Source: an uncultured Solirubrobacterales bacterium
Lineage (GTDB): Bacteria; Actinomycetota; Thermoleophilia; Solirubrobacterales; JBBDJG01
Assembly (NCBI GenBank): GCA_963768885.1
Contig: CAVYJN010000006.1
Location: 373,258 to 437,257, forward strand
DNA: 64,000 nt
Reading direction: 5' to 3'
In this document: positions 18,319 through 27,478 of the stretch, in pieces
Layout of the letters: each line of letters starts with the position of its first letter
Position numbering within the stretch: position 1 is the first letter of the stretch
Made by a program: the position numbers and the translations under genes
Notes under the pieces: model-generated
Databases searched by the model: none
Seen by the model: the letters and a program-made list of their open reading frames with translations, nothing else
Told to the model about the DNA's origin: nothing

Positions 18319-19752
18319 ATGACCGACCACCTCACGCCCCTCGACGCGACCTTTCTCGAGCTCGAGCAGTCCGACGAGTCCGCGCACATGCACATCGGCG
18401 GCGCGCTCGTGTTCGATCCGCGCCCGGACGGATCGGCGCCGAGCGTCGGAGACGTGTGCCGGCACCTCGACTCCCGGCTCTCGCGCCTGCCGCGCTACCG
18501 CCGCAAGCTGTCCGAGCCCCATACGGGCGGCCTCACATGGCCGGCGTGGGAGGACGACGAGCGCTTCCACCTCGCGTCCCACGTGCGCCACGCGGCGCTG
18601 CCCGCGCCCGGTGGGGGCCAGGAGCTGTGCGAGTGGCTCGGGGACTACTGGTCGCACCGCCTGGACCGCCGCCGGCCGCTGTGGGAGGTCGTGCTGCTCG
18701 ACGGCCTCGAGGGCGGTCGCTGGGCGCTCGTCACGAAGACGCACCACGCGATGATGGACGGGGTCGGGTCGGTGGACGCGGGCTACCTGATGCTCGACGA
18801 CGATCCCGAGTCCTCCGAGCAGCTCGGCACGCTCGAGGCGGCCCCGCCGGAGAGCCCGCCCGCGGATCGCTCTCGCCGCTCCCAGGTGGCGGGCGCGTTG
18901 CGGTGGATGCCCGAGCACCTGCTGCGCGCCGCACGCGGCGGCGCGGACGTCGCGCTGCATCCGCACAAGGCGCTCGAGATGCTGGAGCGCTCGCGTGCGA
19001 CCGTCGAGCTGCTGATGCGCGACGAGGTGGTCAGGGCGCCGCGCTCCTCGCTCAACTGCGACATGGGCGCGACGCGCAGCTTCGCCGTCGTGCGCGTGCC
19101 GCTCTCCGACCTGAAGGCGATCAAGTCACGCCAGGGAGGCACGGTGAACGACGTCGCGCTCGCGGCCGTCACGGGCGGCCTGCGGCGACTGCTGACCGCG
19201 CGCGGGGAGGACCCGCCGGCCCAGGGCCTGCGCGCGATGGTCCCGATGAACGTGCGCCAGGCATCGGAGAAGCTCGCGCTCGGCAACAGGGTCTCTTCGC
19301 TGTTCGTGCACCTGCCGGTCGGGGTCGAGACCACGGCCGACCGCTACCGGCACGTGACGCGGGAGGCCGAGGCGCTCAAGTCCGGCACGCAGTCGCTCGG
19401 GACGTCGACGATCATCTCGCTCGCCGGCCTCGCGCCACCCGTGATCCATGCGAGCATCGCGCGGAGCCTGTACGCGACGCGCCTCTTCAACGTGACGGTC
19501 ACGAACGTGCCCGGGCCGCAGACGACGCTCTACGCGCTCGGCGCGCGGATGCGCGAGATCCTGCCCCTGGTCCCGCTCGCGGCCGAGCACGCGGTCGGCG
19601 TTGCGATCTTCTCCTACGACGGAAACGTCGTCTTCGGCATCAACGCGGCGACGGACGCGGTTCCCGATCTGAACGTCCTGCGCGACGGCATCGCGGACGA
19701 GCTCCAGGCGCTGCGCGACCTTGCTGCCACGGCGCAGCCGGCCCCGATGTGA
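18319..19752 (+). CDS. wax ester synthase / diacylglycerol acyltransferase (WS/DGAT, Tgs-like)
   Basis: The catalytic HHxxxDG motif is present (TKTHHAMMDGVGSVD). The family-typical C-terminus is NVPGPQTTLYALGARMREILPLVPL. Confidence 0.9.
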   Translation: MTDHLTPLDATFLELEQSDESAHMHIGGALVFDPRPDGSAPSVGDVCRHLDSRLSRLPRYRRKLSEPHTGGLTWPAWEDDERFHLASHVRHAALPAPGGGQELCEWLGDYWSHRLDRRRPLWEVVLLDGLEGGRWALVTKTHHAMMDGVGSVDAGYLMLDDDPESSEQLGTLEAAPPESPPADRSRRSQVAGALRWMPEHLLRAARGGADVALHPHKALEMLERSRATVELLMRDEVVRAPRSSLNCDMGATRSFAVVRVPLSDLKAIKSRQGGTVNDVALAAVTGGLRRLLTARGEDPPAQGLRAMVPMNVRQASEKLALGNRVSSLFVHLPVGVETTADRYRHVTREAEALKSGTQSLGTSTIISLAGLAPPVIHASIARSLYATRLFNVTVTNVPGPQTTLYALGARMREILPLVPLAAEHAVGVAIFSYDGNVVFGINAATDAVPDLNVLRDGIADELQALRDLAATAQPAPM

Positions 19753-21125
19753 GCATCACGGTCACAGAGGGCCGCGCCGACGAACGACGCAAGGTGCTGA
19801 TCGCCGGCGGGGGCGTCGCCGGCGCAGAGACGCTCCTGGCCCTGAGCGCGATCGCGCCGTCCCGGGTATCGCTCGAGCTGATCGCGCCCGACCCGGACCT
19901 CACCTATCGGCCCCTCTCGGTCGCGGAGCCCTTCGGCCGAGCCACGACGAGGCGGCTCCCGCTGGCCGAGCTCGCCGCCGACCGCGGGGCGCACTACCGG
20001 TGTGACGGGCTCGAGCGCGTGGACCCCGGCGGGCGCGTGGTGCACACGAGCACGGGCGCCGCGCTTCCCTACGACTTCCTCGTGCTCGCGACAGGCGCGC
20101 GCGCGAGCGTCGCGCTGCCCGGGGCGGTCACGTTTCGCGGCCCCGCGGACATCATCGCGTTCGAGCAGCTGCTCGAGGGGGTGGAGGAGGGAGCCGTGCG
20201 ACGGCTCGCGTTCGCGGTCCCGCACGGGGTCGCCTGGCCGCTGCCGATCTACGAGCTGGCCCTGATGACGGCCGCCCATCTCGCGGCCGCGGGCACCCCC
20301 GAAGTCGAGATCACGATCGTCACTCCCGAGCGCGAGCCGCTCGACGTCTTCGGTCCCGCGCCGAGCAAGCGCGTGCGCGCGCTGGCCGAGGAGGCCGGGG
20401 TCCGGCTGCTCACCTCGCATGCGCCCTCCTCCGTGGAGCCCGGCAGCCTCGTGCTGATGAGCGGCGCGAGCGTGCCCGCCGACCGCGTCGTCGCGCTTCC
20501 GATGCTCGACGTCCCGCCGATACCGGGAGTCCCGCAGGGGCCGCGCGGGTTCATCCCGACCGACCCCTCGTTCCGGGTCGACGGGCTGGACGGCGTGTAC
20601 GCGGCGGGGGACGTGTCCTGGTACCCGATCAAGCAGGGTGGGCTCGCGGCCCAGCAGGCGGACGTCGTCGCCACCGCGATCGCCGCCGCCGCCGGGGAGC
20701 CCGTCCGGGCGACGCCGTTTCACCCGGTGATGCGGGGCATCCTGATCACGGGCGACAGGCCGGTGCACATGCGCGGCGGCGACGGCTTCGATCCGGCGGC
20801 GGGCACCGAGCCCCTGTGGTGGCCGCCGGGGAAGGTCGCGGGCCGCTACATCACGCCCTATCTGGCCGAGCGCCGGGGTGACCTCCCGCATTCTCCGCTG
20901 GCCGAGATCGAGCACCCGACGCGCGACGAGGAAGGGGTGGACCAGCCGGGCGTGCTGGAGATGTCCCTTGCCGCCGCCGACGCCAGCGCCCTGTCCGAGG
21001 ACTTCGAGGGAGCGCTTCGCTGGCTCGACGCGGCGGAGCAGCTCAATGTCGTGCTGCCGATCGACTACGCGCGCAGGCGTCGCGCCTGGAAACGCGCCCT
21101 CGCGGAGCAGCGACAGGCGAACTGA
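19749..21125 (+). CDS. FAD-dependent pyridine nucleotide-disulfide oxidoreductase, SQR/NDH-2-like but without the SQR cysteine segment
   Basis: GTG 19749 overlaps the WS/DGAT stop (ATGTGA). KVLIAGGGVAGAETLLAL Rossmann start and GVYAAGDVSWYPIKQGGLAAQQA second FAD motif. It is a paralogue of 56992..58179. Only the last 458 codons of track ORF 18279..21125 are credible. Confidence 0.8.
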   Translation: MSITVTEGRADERRKVLIAGGGVAGAETLLALSAIAPSRVSLELIAPDPDLTYRPLSVAEPFGRATTRRLPLAELAADRGAHYRCDGLERVDPGGRVVHTSTGAALPYDFLVLATGARASVALPGAVTFRGPADIIAFEQLLEGVEEGAVRRLAFAVPHGVAWPLPIYELALMTAAHLAAAGTPEVEITIVTPEREPLDVFGPAPSKRVRALAEEAGVRLLTSHAPSSVEPGSLVLMSGASVPADRVVALPMLDVPPIPGVPQGPRGFIPTDPSFRVDGLDGVYAAGDVSWYPIKQGGLAAQQADVVATAIAAAAGEPVRATPFHPVMRGILITGDRPVHMRGGDGFDPAAGTEPLWWPPGKVAGRYITPYLAERRGDLPHSPLAEIEHPTRDEEGVDQPGVLEMSLAAADASALSEDFEGALRWLDAAEQLNVVLPIDYARRRRAWKRALAEQRQAN

Positions 21126-21128
21126 GCC

Positions 21129-23462
21129 GTGGCCGTGCCGCTCGAGCAATGCGCGGACCTACCGGCGGCGCGTGTGGGCGGCAAGGCGAAGACGCTCGGC
21201 GCCGCGCTGCGGGCGGGATTTCCGGTCCCGCCCGGGGTCGTGATCGAGCCCGGCGAGCCCGTCGACGTCGACGCGGTGGTCGCCCTGCTGGGCGAGGGCC
21301 CGTTCGCCGTGCGCTCCTCGTCCCCGCACGAGGACGGCGCGGACGCCTCGTGGGCGGGGCAGTTCGTGACGCGGCTGTGGGTCGCCGCGGACTCGCTGGA
21401 GCGCGCCGTCGAGGACGTGCGCGCCTCGGGCACGGGCGCGGCGGCGCGCGCCTACGGCGGTCCGTCGGAGCCGATCCCGGCGCTCGTGCAGCCGATCGTG
21501 ACCGCGGATGCCGCGGGCGTGATGTTCACGATCGACCCGCGCGACGGGCGCGACGACCGGTGTGTGGTGGAGGCGGTCGCGGGCCTCGGCGAGCCGCTCG
21601 CGGACGGCCGCGCCGAGCCGGCCCGCTTCCTGGTCGACGCACTGTCGGAGCAGGTGATCGAAGCGGAGCGCGCGGAGGCGGCCGGCATCGACGGCGAGCG
21701 CCTGCGCGAGGTGGTCGCGCTCGGCCTGCGGGTGTCCGAGTGGCGCGGCGAGCCGCTCGATCTCGAATGGGCGTGGGCGCTGGGCCGCGCGTGGCTCCTG
21801 CAGGCCCGGCCGATCACGGCCGCGTCGTGGGCGCCGGCCCCGGGCCAGTGGACCGGCGCCAACTTCAAGGAGGTGATGCCGGGCGTCGTGACGCCGTTGA
21901 CCGCGTCGCTGGGGCTCGAGCACGACTTCCCCCGCGCGGTGGGCGAGTTCGCCGCCGACCTCGGCGTGATTCCCGCCGGCGAGCGCGTCACCGAGGGCCG
22001 GCGCTTCTACGGCCACGCCTACTGGCGCGTGGACAAGGTCAAGGACGCGATGTCGAAGCTCCCGGGCTTCCGCGAGCGCTCGTTCGACGCGACGATCGGC
22101 ATCGCGCCCGCCTACGACGGGGACGGCCGCGTGTCCGGCTGGACTGCCACGACCCTGCGCCACGCCCTCCCCGCGCTGCGCGCGATGCGGCGCGCCTACC
22201 GCGACGACGGCCCGGCCGCGGGCCGCTACCGGGACGGGTTCGCGGCCGAGGAGCGGGAATGGCTTGCGATCGACTGGCAGTCGCTGCCGGACGGTGAGCT
22301 CGCCGAGCGCGTGCGCGAGGCGGTCCGGCAGCATTGGCGCACGAACCACTGGGCGATGCGGGTCTCGTTCCTCTCCGAGCAGGCGCAGGACGATCTGAGG
22401 ACGGCGCTCACCCCGCTGAACGCGCGGCTCGATCCGCCCCCGAGCGAGGGTCTGCTGCTCGCCAACCTGGAAGAGCTCGCCACGGGTCGCGCCGCACGCG
22501 CCCTGGACGAGCTTGCCGCCCGTCACCGCGAATGGCGCCATGAGGTCGATGCCGCAACTGATCCCCGGGAGCTTCCCGCTCCGGTGCGCGACGAGTTCGA
22601 GGACCTCGTGGCGACCTTCGGCTACATGGCCGAGGCCGACGAGGAGCTCTCGCAGCCACGCTGGGAGGAGGATCCCGCTCTTCCTTTCGCGCTCCTGAAG
22701 GCGGCGATCGCCGTGGACGGGCACCCCGAGAGCACGAGCCAGGCGACCGGCGCCGCGGAGGAGCGCCGCGTGCTCGCCGCCGCGGGCCGGCGGGCAGGTT
22801 CGATCCGTCGCAAGCTGATGCGCGCGCGCCGCTACGCCTGGTGGCGCGAGGAGTTGCGCGACGTGCTCATGCGAACGAACCGGCTGCACCGGAGGGCGTT
22901 CCTGGCGCTCGGCCAGAGCTGGTCGCGGCGCGGGATGATCCAGCAGCCCGACGACGTCTTCTGGCTGACGGCTCCTGAGCTGGAGGCGGCGCTCGACGAT
23001 CGCGACGCGCTGTCGCGCCTTGCCTCCGAGGTACCGCGCCGGCGCCGCCACGCCGACCGCTTTCGCCGCTGGCGCCCGCCCGAGACGCTCGGCGCCCCTC
23101 CGCGGGCATCGGCCGCCCCCGCCGGCGCGGCACGGTCGCTCGCGGGAACGGCGTGCTCGTCGGGGGTCGCGGAGGGCCCGGTCTGCGTGCTGCGCTCGCT
23201 CGACCAGGCGCCCTCGGTGAGGCCGGGATCGATCCTCGTGCTCGAATACTCGAACCCGGGGTGGACCCCGGTCTACACCGTTGCCGCCGGGCTGGTCACC
23301 GAGGAGGGAGGGTTGCTCTCGCACGGCTCGATCGTGGCGCGTGAGCGCGGCCTGCCGGCGGTGATCCAGGTTCGCGACGCCACGCGCCTGCTGCGCGACG
23401 GGCAGCGCGTGCGCATCGACGGCGACCGGGGCAGTGTGCTGGTGCTCGACGAAGGCGAATGA
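21129..23462 (+). CDS. PEP/pyruvate-binding (PPDK_N-type ATP-grasp) plus PEP-utilizer mobile His domain protein; architecture as in rifampicin-phosphotransferase-like enzymes
   Basis: The N-terminus is VGGKAKTLGAALRAGFPVPPGVVI...FAVRSSSPHEDGADASWAGQF...DLEWAW. The C-terminal swivel domain is LVTEEGGLLSHGSIVARERGLPAV. It starts 3 nt after the previous stop. Confidence 0.8.
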   Translation: MAVPLEQCADLPAARVGGKAKTLGAALRAGFPVPPGVVIEPGEPVDVDAVVALLGEGPFAVRSSSPHEDGADASWAGQFVTRLWVAADSLERAVEDVRASGTGAAARAYGGPSEPIPALVQPIVTADAAGVMFTIDPRDGRDDRCVVEAVAGLGEPLADGRAEPARFLVDALSEQVIEAERAEAAGIDGERLREVVALGLRVSEWRGEPLDLEWAWALGRAWLLQARPITAASWAPAPGQWTGANFKEVMPGVVTPLTASLGLEHDFPRAVGEFAADLGVIPAGERVTEGRRFYGHAYWRVDKVKDAMSKLPGFRERSFDATIGIAPAYDGDGRVSGWTATTLRHALPALRAMRRAYRDDGPAAGRYRDGFAAEEREWLAIDWQSLPDGELAERVREAVRQHWRTNHWAMRVSFLSEQAQDDLRTALTPLNARLDPPPSEGLLLANLEELATGRAARALDELAARHREWRHEVDAATDPRELPAPVRDEFEDLVATFGYMAEADEELSQPRWEEDPALPFALLKAAIAVDGHPESTSQATGAAEERRVLAAAGRRAGSIRRKLMRARRYAWWREELRDVLMRTNRLHRRAFLALGQSWSRRGMIQQPDDVFWLTAPELEAALDDRDALSRLASEVPRRRRHADRFRRWRPPETLGAPPRASAAPAGAARSLAGTACSSGVAEGPVCVLRSLDQAPSVRPGSILVLEYSNPGWTPVYTVAAGLVTEEGGLLSHGSIVARERGLPAVIQVRDATRLLRDGQRVRIDGDRGSVLVLDEGE

Positions 23463-23486
23463 GAACCGCGACCGAGGAGGTTGACG

Positions 23487-24731
23487 ATGGCGACCACGAC
23501 GCAGGGGATCACCAACGAGGCGGCGTTCGAGGTGATCGGCGCGTACCTCTCGCGCCACAAGGCGGACGCCTTCAGGGCATTGGGCGTCGACGCGGTCCAG
23601 GACCGCCGCGAGGGTGTGCGCATCTGGGACCTCGAGGGCAATTCGTTCATCAACTGCCGCAGCTCCGGGGGAGTTTTCAACTTCGGTCATCACCCGCGGT
23701 TCGCGGTCGACGCGCTGAAGGCCGCGCTCGACGAGCACGACATGGGCGACTGGCTGCTCCCGTCGCTGAGACGCGCCAGGGGGGCCGAGGCGCTGGCCGC
23801 GATCCTGCCCGGTGACCTGCGCTACACGTTCTTCACCCCGTCGGGGGCGGAGGCGGTCGAGGTCGCCTGCAAGCTCGCGCGCGGCGTCACGGGGAGGGCG
23901 GGGATCGTGTGCGCCGAGCACGGCTACCACGGGCACGTGGGCTTCTCGCTGGCGATGGACGAGGACGAGTATTCACATTGGTTCAGGCCGCTCGTGCCCG
24001 GCATCTCGAAGGTGCCGTTCGGGGACGTCGATGCGATCGACCGCGCGGTCGGCGACGACACGGCCGCCGTGTGCCTGGAGACGATCCAGGCGACGGCGGG
24101 CATCGCGATCCCGCCGGACGGCTATCTCGAGCACGTGCGCCGCGTGTGCGACGAGCGCGGCGCGCTGCTGATCCTGGACGAGGTGCAGGCGGGCCTCGGG
24201 CGCACGGGACGCGTGTGGTCGTGCGAGCACTGGGGCGTGACGCCCGACCTGCTGGTGTCGGGCAAGGGCCTCGCGGCCGGGCTGTATCCGGTCTCGGCGT
24301 GCTCGTTCACGGAGCGCGTGGAGGCGTTCTTCGGCGAGGACCCCTTCTTCCACCCGTCGAGCTACGGCGGCTCCGAGCTCGCCGCGGTGGTCGTGGGGGA
24401 GGTCGCGGCGCGCGTCGCGGACCCGGGATTCCTCGCGCAGGTGACCCGCATGGGGGAGCGTTTCGGTGCGGGCTTCGAGGACCTCCGGCGGCGCCACCCG
24501 CGGAAGCTCGCCGGCCACCGTGCGAAGGGCCTGATGATGGCGCTCCAGACGCACTCCGACGAGCAGGGCATCGAGCTGGCAAGGCGGTCGATCGAGCACG
24601 GCGTGCTCGCGATCTTCGCCAACAACCGCCGTTCGGCGCTGATCGTGATGCCGCCCCTGGTGATCTCCGAGGACGAGGCCGACGAGGTGCTGGAGGGGCT
24701 CGACGCCGCCCTCGCCGCGACGGCCGGCTAG
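23487..24731 (+). CDS. class-III (omega) aminotransferase, PLP-dependent
   Basis: SGGVFNFGHHPR, FTPSGAEAVEVACKLAR, LILDEVQAGLGRTGRVW and SGKGLAAGLYPVSA (Lys in SGK) are all present. ATG 23487 is preceded by GAGGAGG. Confidence 0.85.
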   Translation: MATTTQGITNEAAFEVIGAYLSRHKADAFRALGVDAVQDRREGVRIWDLEGNSFINCRSSGGVFNFGHHPRFAVDALKAALDEHDMGDWLLPSLRRARGAEALAAILPGDLRYTFFTPSGAEAVEVACKLARGVTGRAGIVCAEHGYHGHVGFSLAMDEDEYSHWFRPLVPGISKVPFGDVDAIDRAVGDDTAAVCLETIQATAGIAIPPDGYLEHVRRVCDERGALLILDEVQAGLGRTGRVWSCEHWGVTPDLLVSGKGLAAGLYPVSACSFTERVEAFFGEDPFFHPSSYGGSELAAVVVGEVAARVADPGFLAQVTRMGERFGAGFEDLRRRHPRKLAGHRAKGLMMALQTHSDEQGIELARRSIEHGVLAIFANNRRSALIVMPPLVISEDEADEVLEGLDAALAATAG

Positions 24732-24732
24732 G

Positions 24733-24891
24733 TCAGCCGCCGCGCTGCGGCACTCCGCCCGCGCGCCCGAGGTCGAGCGCGACGGCGAGGATCAGGGTCG
24801 CCGTCCAGGCGTTCACGGGATCGGCCTTCAACGGCTCGTCGCCGCCGATGAGGTTGGCGATCAGCCAGATCGCGAACCAGAGGACTGTCAT
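24733..24891 (-). CDS. small hydrophobic protein (52 aa), hypothetical
   Basis: MTVLWFAIWLIANLIGGDEPLKADPVNAWTATLILAVALDLGRAGG, with GGAGG 7 nt upstream of ATG 24891. It is the only credible part of track ORF 24733..26082. Confidence 0.4.
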   Translation of the reverse strand: MTVLWFAIWLIANLIGGDEPLKADPVNAWTATLILAVALDLGRAGGVPQRGG

Positions 24892-24992
24892 GTGCGTGCC
24901 TCCAATCGGGAGTGGCCGCGCGTCGTGCGGACGTCCGGCGTGGTGCTCATCGGGTGGAACCGTAGACCGGTGCCTGGATGGCGCCGCCGCGA

Positions 24993-26216
24993 TCAGGCGA
25001 TCGAGAGCACGGCGAGCGCGAGCACGCAGATGGACAGCAAGACGATCGTGCCGAGCACCGCGACCGCCTCGGCGCGGCCGACGGCCTGTTCGCCCATCAG
25101 CGCCGGGTCGCGGACGATGCCGTAGATCAGCGCGAGCAGCGGCAGCAGCAGCACGGCGTTCAGCGCCTGGCTGAGGTACAGGATGGGCACGAGCGGGGCG
25201 CCGGGGATCAGCACGATCGAGACGGCGACGACCACCACCACGCCGTAGGTCACATAGAAGACGGGCGCGTCGGAGAAGCGGTCGTCGAGCGCGGCCTCGT
25301 ACCCGAGCGTCTCGCTCACGGAGTACGCGGTCGCGAGCGGGAGGATCGACGCGGCCAGCAACGCCGCGCCGACCAGTCCGGCGCCGAAGAAGGTGGTCGC
25401 AAGACCTCCCGCGACCGGCTCCAGCGCGACCGCGGCGTCGCGCGCGTCGTCGATGCTGCGGCCCTGGCTGTGCAGCGTCGCGGCGGCCGCGACGACGATG
25501 AAGAAGCCGATGATGCCGGTCAGCACCGCTCCGGTGACGACGTCCACGCGCTCGTAGCGCAGGTCGCGCAGCGTCAGGTGCTTGTCGACCGCGAACGACT
25601 GGATGAACGCGAGGCCCCACGGCGCCAGCGTGGTCCCGACCGTCGCGGTCGCGGCCAGCACGGCCTCGCGGGTGCCCGGCGGGCTCGGCACGACCAGGCC
25701 GCGCAGCGCCGCGCCCCAGTCCGGGCCTGCCAGGAACGCCGATACGACGTATGTCACGAAGATCGCGCTGAGCGCGAGCAGCACGTGCTCGACGCGCCGG
25801 AAGCTGCCACGGAGCACGAGCGCGGAGATCGCGACCGCGGCCAGCGGGACGCTCACGTAGCGCGAGACGCCCGCCAGGTCGAGGCCTGCCGCGACGCCCG
25901 CGAACTCGGCGCACGTGGTCCCGACGTTCGCGACGAGCAGCGCGACCAGTCCGGCACACGCGATCCGGATGCCGTACCGCTGCCGCGTCAGCCCCGCGAG
26001 GCCCTGGCCGGTCACGATCCCCATGCGGGCCCCGAGCTCGTGGAAGAGGATGAGGGCCGCCGTCGAGAGCGCCAGCACCCACAGCAGCCGGTAGCCGTGG
26101 TCGGCCCCCAGGATCGAGTACGTGGTGATCCCGGCCGGGTCGTCGTCGGACAGCCCCGCGAGCAGTCCCGGCCCGACGACGGCCAGGAGCGCTATGAGGC
26201 CGCTACGCCGGCGCAC
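24993..26216 (-). CDS. Nramp-family transporter with non-canonical metal site (NRMT-like, predicted Mg2+ rather than Mn2+/Fe2+)
   Basis: 407 aa with an Nramp fold. The TM1 motif reads D26-P-A-G29 (canonical DPGN). The TM6 motif reads G194-T-T-L-A198-P-W (canonical GA-T-V-M-P-H). Confidence 0.85.
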   Translation of the reverse strand: MRRRSGLIALLAVVGPGLLAGLSDDDPAGITTYSILGADHGYRLLWVLALSTAALILFHELGARMGIVTGQGLAGLTRQRYGIRIACAGLVALLVANVGTTCAEFAGVAAGLDLAGVSRYVSVPLAAVAISALVLRGSFRRVEHVLLALSAIFVTYVVSAFLAGPDWGAALRGLVVPSPPGTREAVLAATATVGTTLAPWGLAFIQSFAVDKHLTLRDLRYERVDVVTGAVLTGIIGFFIVVAAAATLHSQGRSIDDARDAAVALEPVAGGLATTFFGAGLVGAALLAASILPLATAYSVSETLGYEAALDDRFSDAPVFYVTYGVVVVVAVSIVLIPGAPLVPILYLSQALNAVLLLPLLALIYGIVRDPALMGEQAVGRAEAVAVLGTIVLLSICVLALAVLSIA

Positions 26217-27471
26217 GCCGGCGGAATGCGTGGACCGGGAAACGGCGGCGCCCGGGCAGCCGTTCCACCAGCAGTTCCTCCAGCACGTCGTCCACGGCGA
26301 CCGCGCCGACGATGCGCTCGTCCCGGTCGACTACCGGCAGGGCGAGGATGTCGTGCAGCGCGAAGAGGTCGATCACCCGCTCGGCCGGCGTGTCGAGCTG
26401 CACGATCGGCGTCGGCGCGGGGGTGGCATCGCCGGCAAGGAGCGCGCGCGGCGTGATCGCGCCCGCCACCCGACCGTCCTGGTCGACCACGAACACGGTC
26501 AGCAGCCCGTCCAGGTGAGGTGGATCGGCGGCCAGCGCCGCCCTGATCCGGTCCGCGGGCTCGCCGAGCCTCGCCGTCTTCACGGCCGGCGTCATCAGGC
26601 CGGCGGCGGTGGTCGGCGAGGCGGAGAGCAGCCGGCGCAGCTCGCCGGCGCGGCGCGAGGGCATAAGCGCGAGCAGCTCGTCGCGGCGCTCGCCGCGCAG
26701 GTGCCGCAGCGCGGCGACGGCGTCGTCGGCAGGCATCCCGGCGACGATGCGGCCCGCACGCTCCGGGCGCAGCGCGCTCATCAGGCGGCCCCCCAGCCGC
26801 GGACGTGCCTTGCCCAGCACCACGCCGGCCGTCTCGTCGTCGACGGCTTCCAGGACGTCGGCGCCGTGGCGCACCGGCAGCCGCGAGACCAGCGTGGCGA
26901 GCTCCGCCGGTCGCAGGCGCTTCAATCCGGCCGCCGGCGTCTCGATCGCGAGCTCCCGCCGGCGCGTGAGATGCAGGTCCTCCCACGCGACCGCCTCACG
27001 ACGGGCGCGTCGCGCGAGCGCCCGCAGGTGCAGCCGCGACAACAGCGCCGCGAGACCCACCTCGACCGCGACGACGCGCAGCCCCCTGCCGGTGTCGACG
27101 AGGTCGACGTCCCCGACCCGCACCACTCGCTTGCCCGCGACGTCGACGATCTGGCAGTCGAGCACGTCGCGGCCCAGCAGCAGCTCGCCCGGCGCGAGCG
27201 CCGGCGTGCCTGAGGACGCGTCGGGACGCAGCACCAGGGGGCCGCGGCCGGGCCCAACTCGCTCCACGGCGCGCCAGTCGAGCTCCCGCGCGTCACGCCC
27301 GGAGCGGACCCTGATCCGTCTCACGACGGGGTGCCCTCCTTCGAAGGCGACCACGAGGTCGGCGACCCGGCCGATCCGCTCGCCGTCCGCGGACACGACC
27401 GCTCTACCGAGCTGCTCGGTCAGCCGGACCACGCGCGCGGACTTCTCGTTGCCGGGCCCGGGCGACGTCAT
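26203..27471 (-). CDS. soluble PRC-barrel + MgtE N-domain + CBS-pair protein (MgtE cytoplasmic sensor module without a TM domain)
   Basis: Two PRC-barrel-like repeats are present (VVSADGERIGRVADLVV...; LLGRDVLDCQIVDVAGKRVVRVGDVDLV). An MgtE_N-like helical region follows (LRPAELATLVSRLPVRHGADVLEAVDDE...MPADDAVAALRHL), then a CBS pair. No TM segment is present. The stop overlaps the Nramp start by 14 nt. Confidence 0.8.
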   Translation of the reverse strand: MTSPGPGNEKSARVVRLTEQLGRAVVSADGERIGRVADLVVAFEGGHPVVRRIRVRSGRDARELDWRAVERVGPGRGPLVLRPDASSGTPALAPGELLLGRDVLDCQIVDVAGKRVVRVGDVDLVDTGRGLRVVAVEVGLAALLSRLHLRALARRARREAVAWEDLHLTRRRELAIETPAAGLKRLRPAELATLVSRLPVRHGADVLEAVDDETAGVVLGKARPRLGGRLMSALRPERAGRIVAGMPADDAVAALRHLRGERRDELLALMPSRRAGELRRLLSASPTTAAGLMTPAVKTARLGEPADRIRAALAADPPHLDGLLTVFVVDQDGRVAGAITPRALLAGDATPAPTPIVQLDTPAERVIDLFALHDILALPVVDRDERIVGAVAVDDVLEELLVERLPGRRRFPVHAFRRRAPA

Positions 27472-27478
27472 GATCGCG

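Noticed and set aside
15519-18395. A 958-aa minus ORF and an 825-aa plus ORF (15827..18304) over adhE
   Set aside because: These are frame shadows of adhE. Only the 15590..18193 frame shows the ALDH and Fe-ADH motifs.
18279-19748. The first ~490 codons of the 948-aa ORF 18279..21125
   Set aside because: This part is an out-of-frame overlap with the WS/DGAT gene and has R/A/G-rich composition. Credible coding starts only at GTG 19749.
21159-23936. A 925-aa minus ORF opposite the PEP-utilising enzyme
   Set aside because: It is an antisense shadow with no domain signatures.
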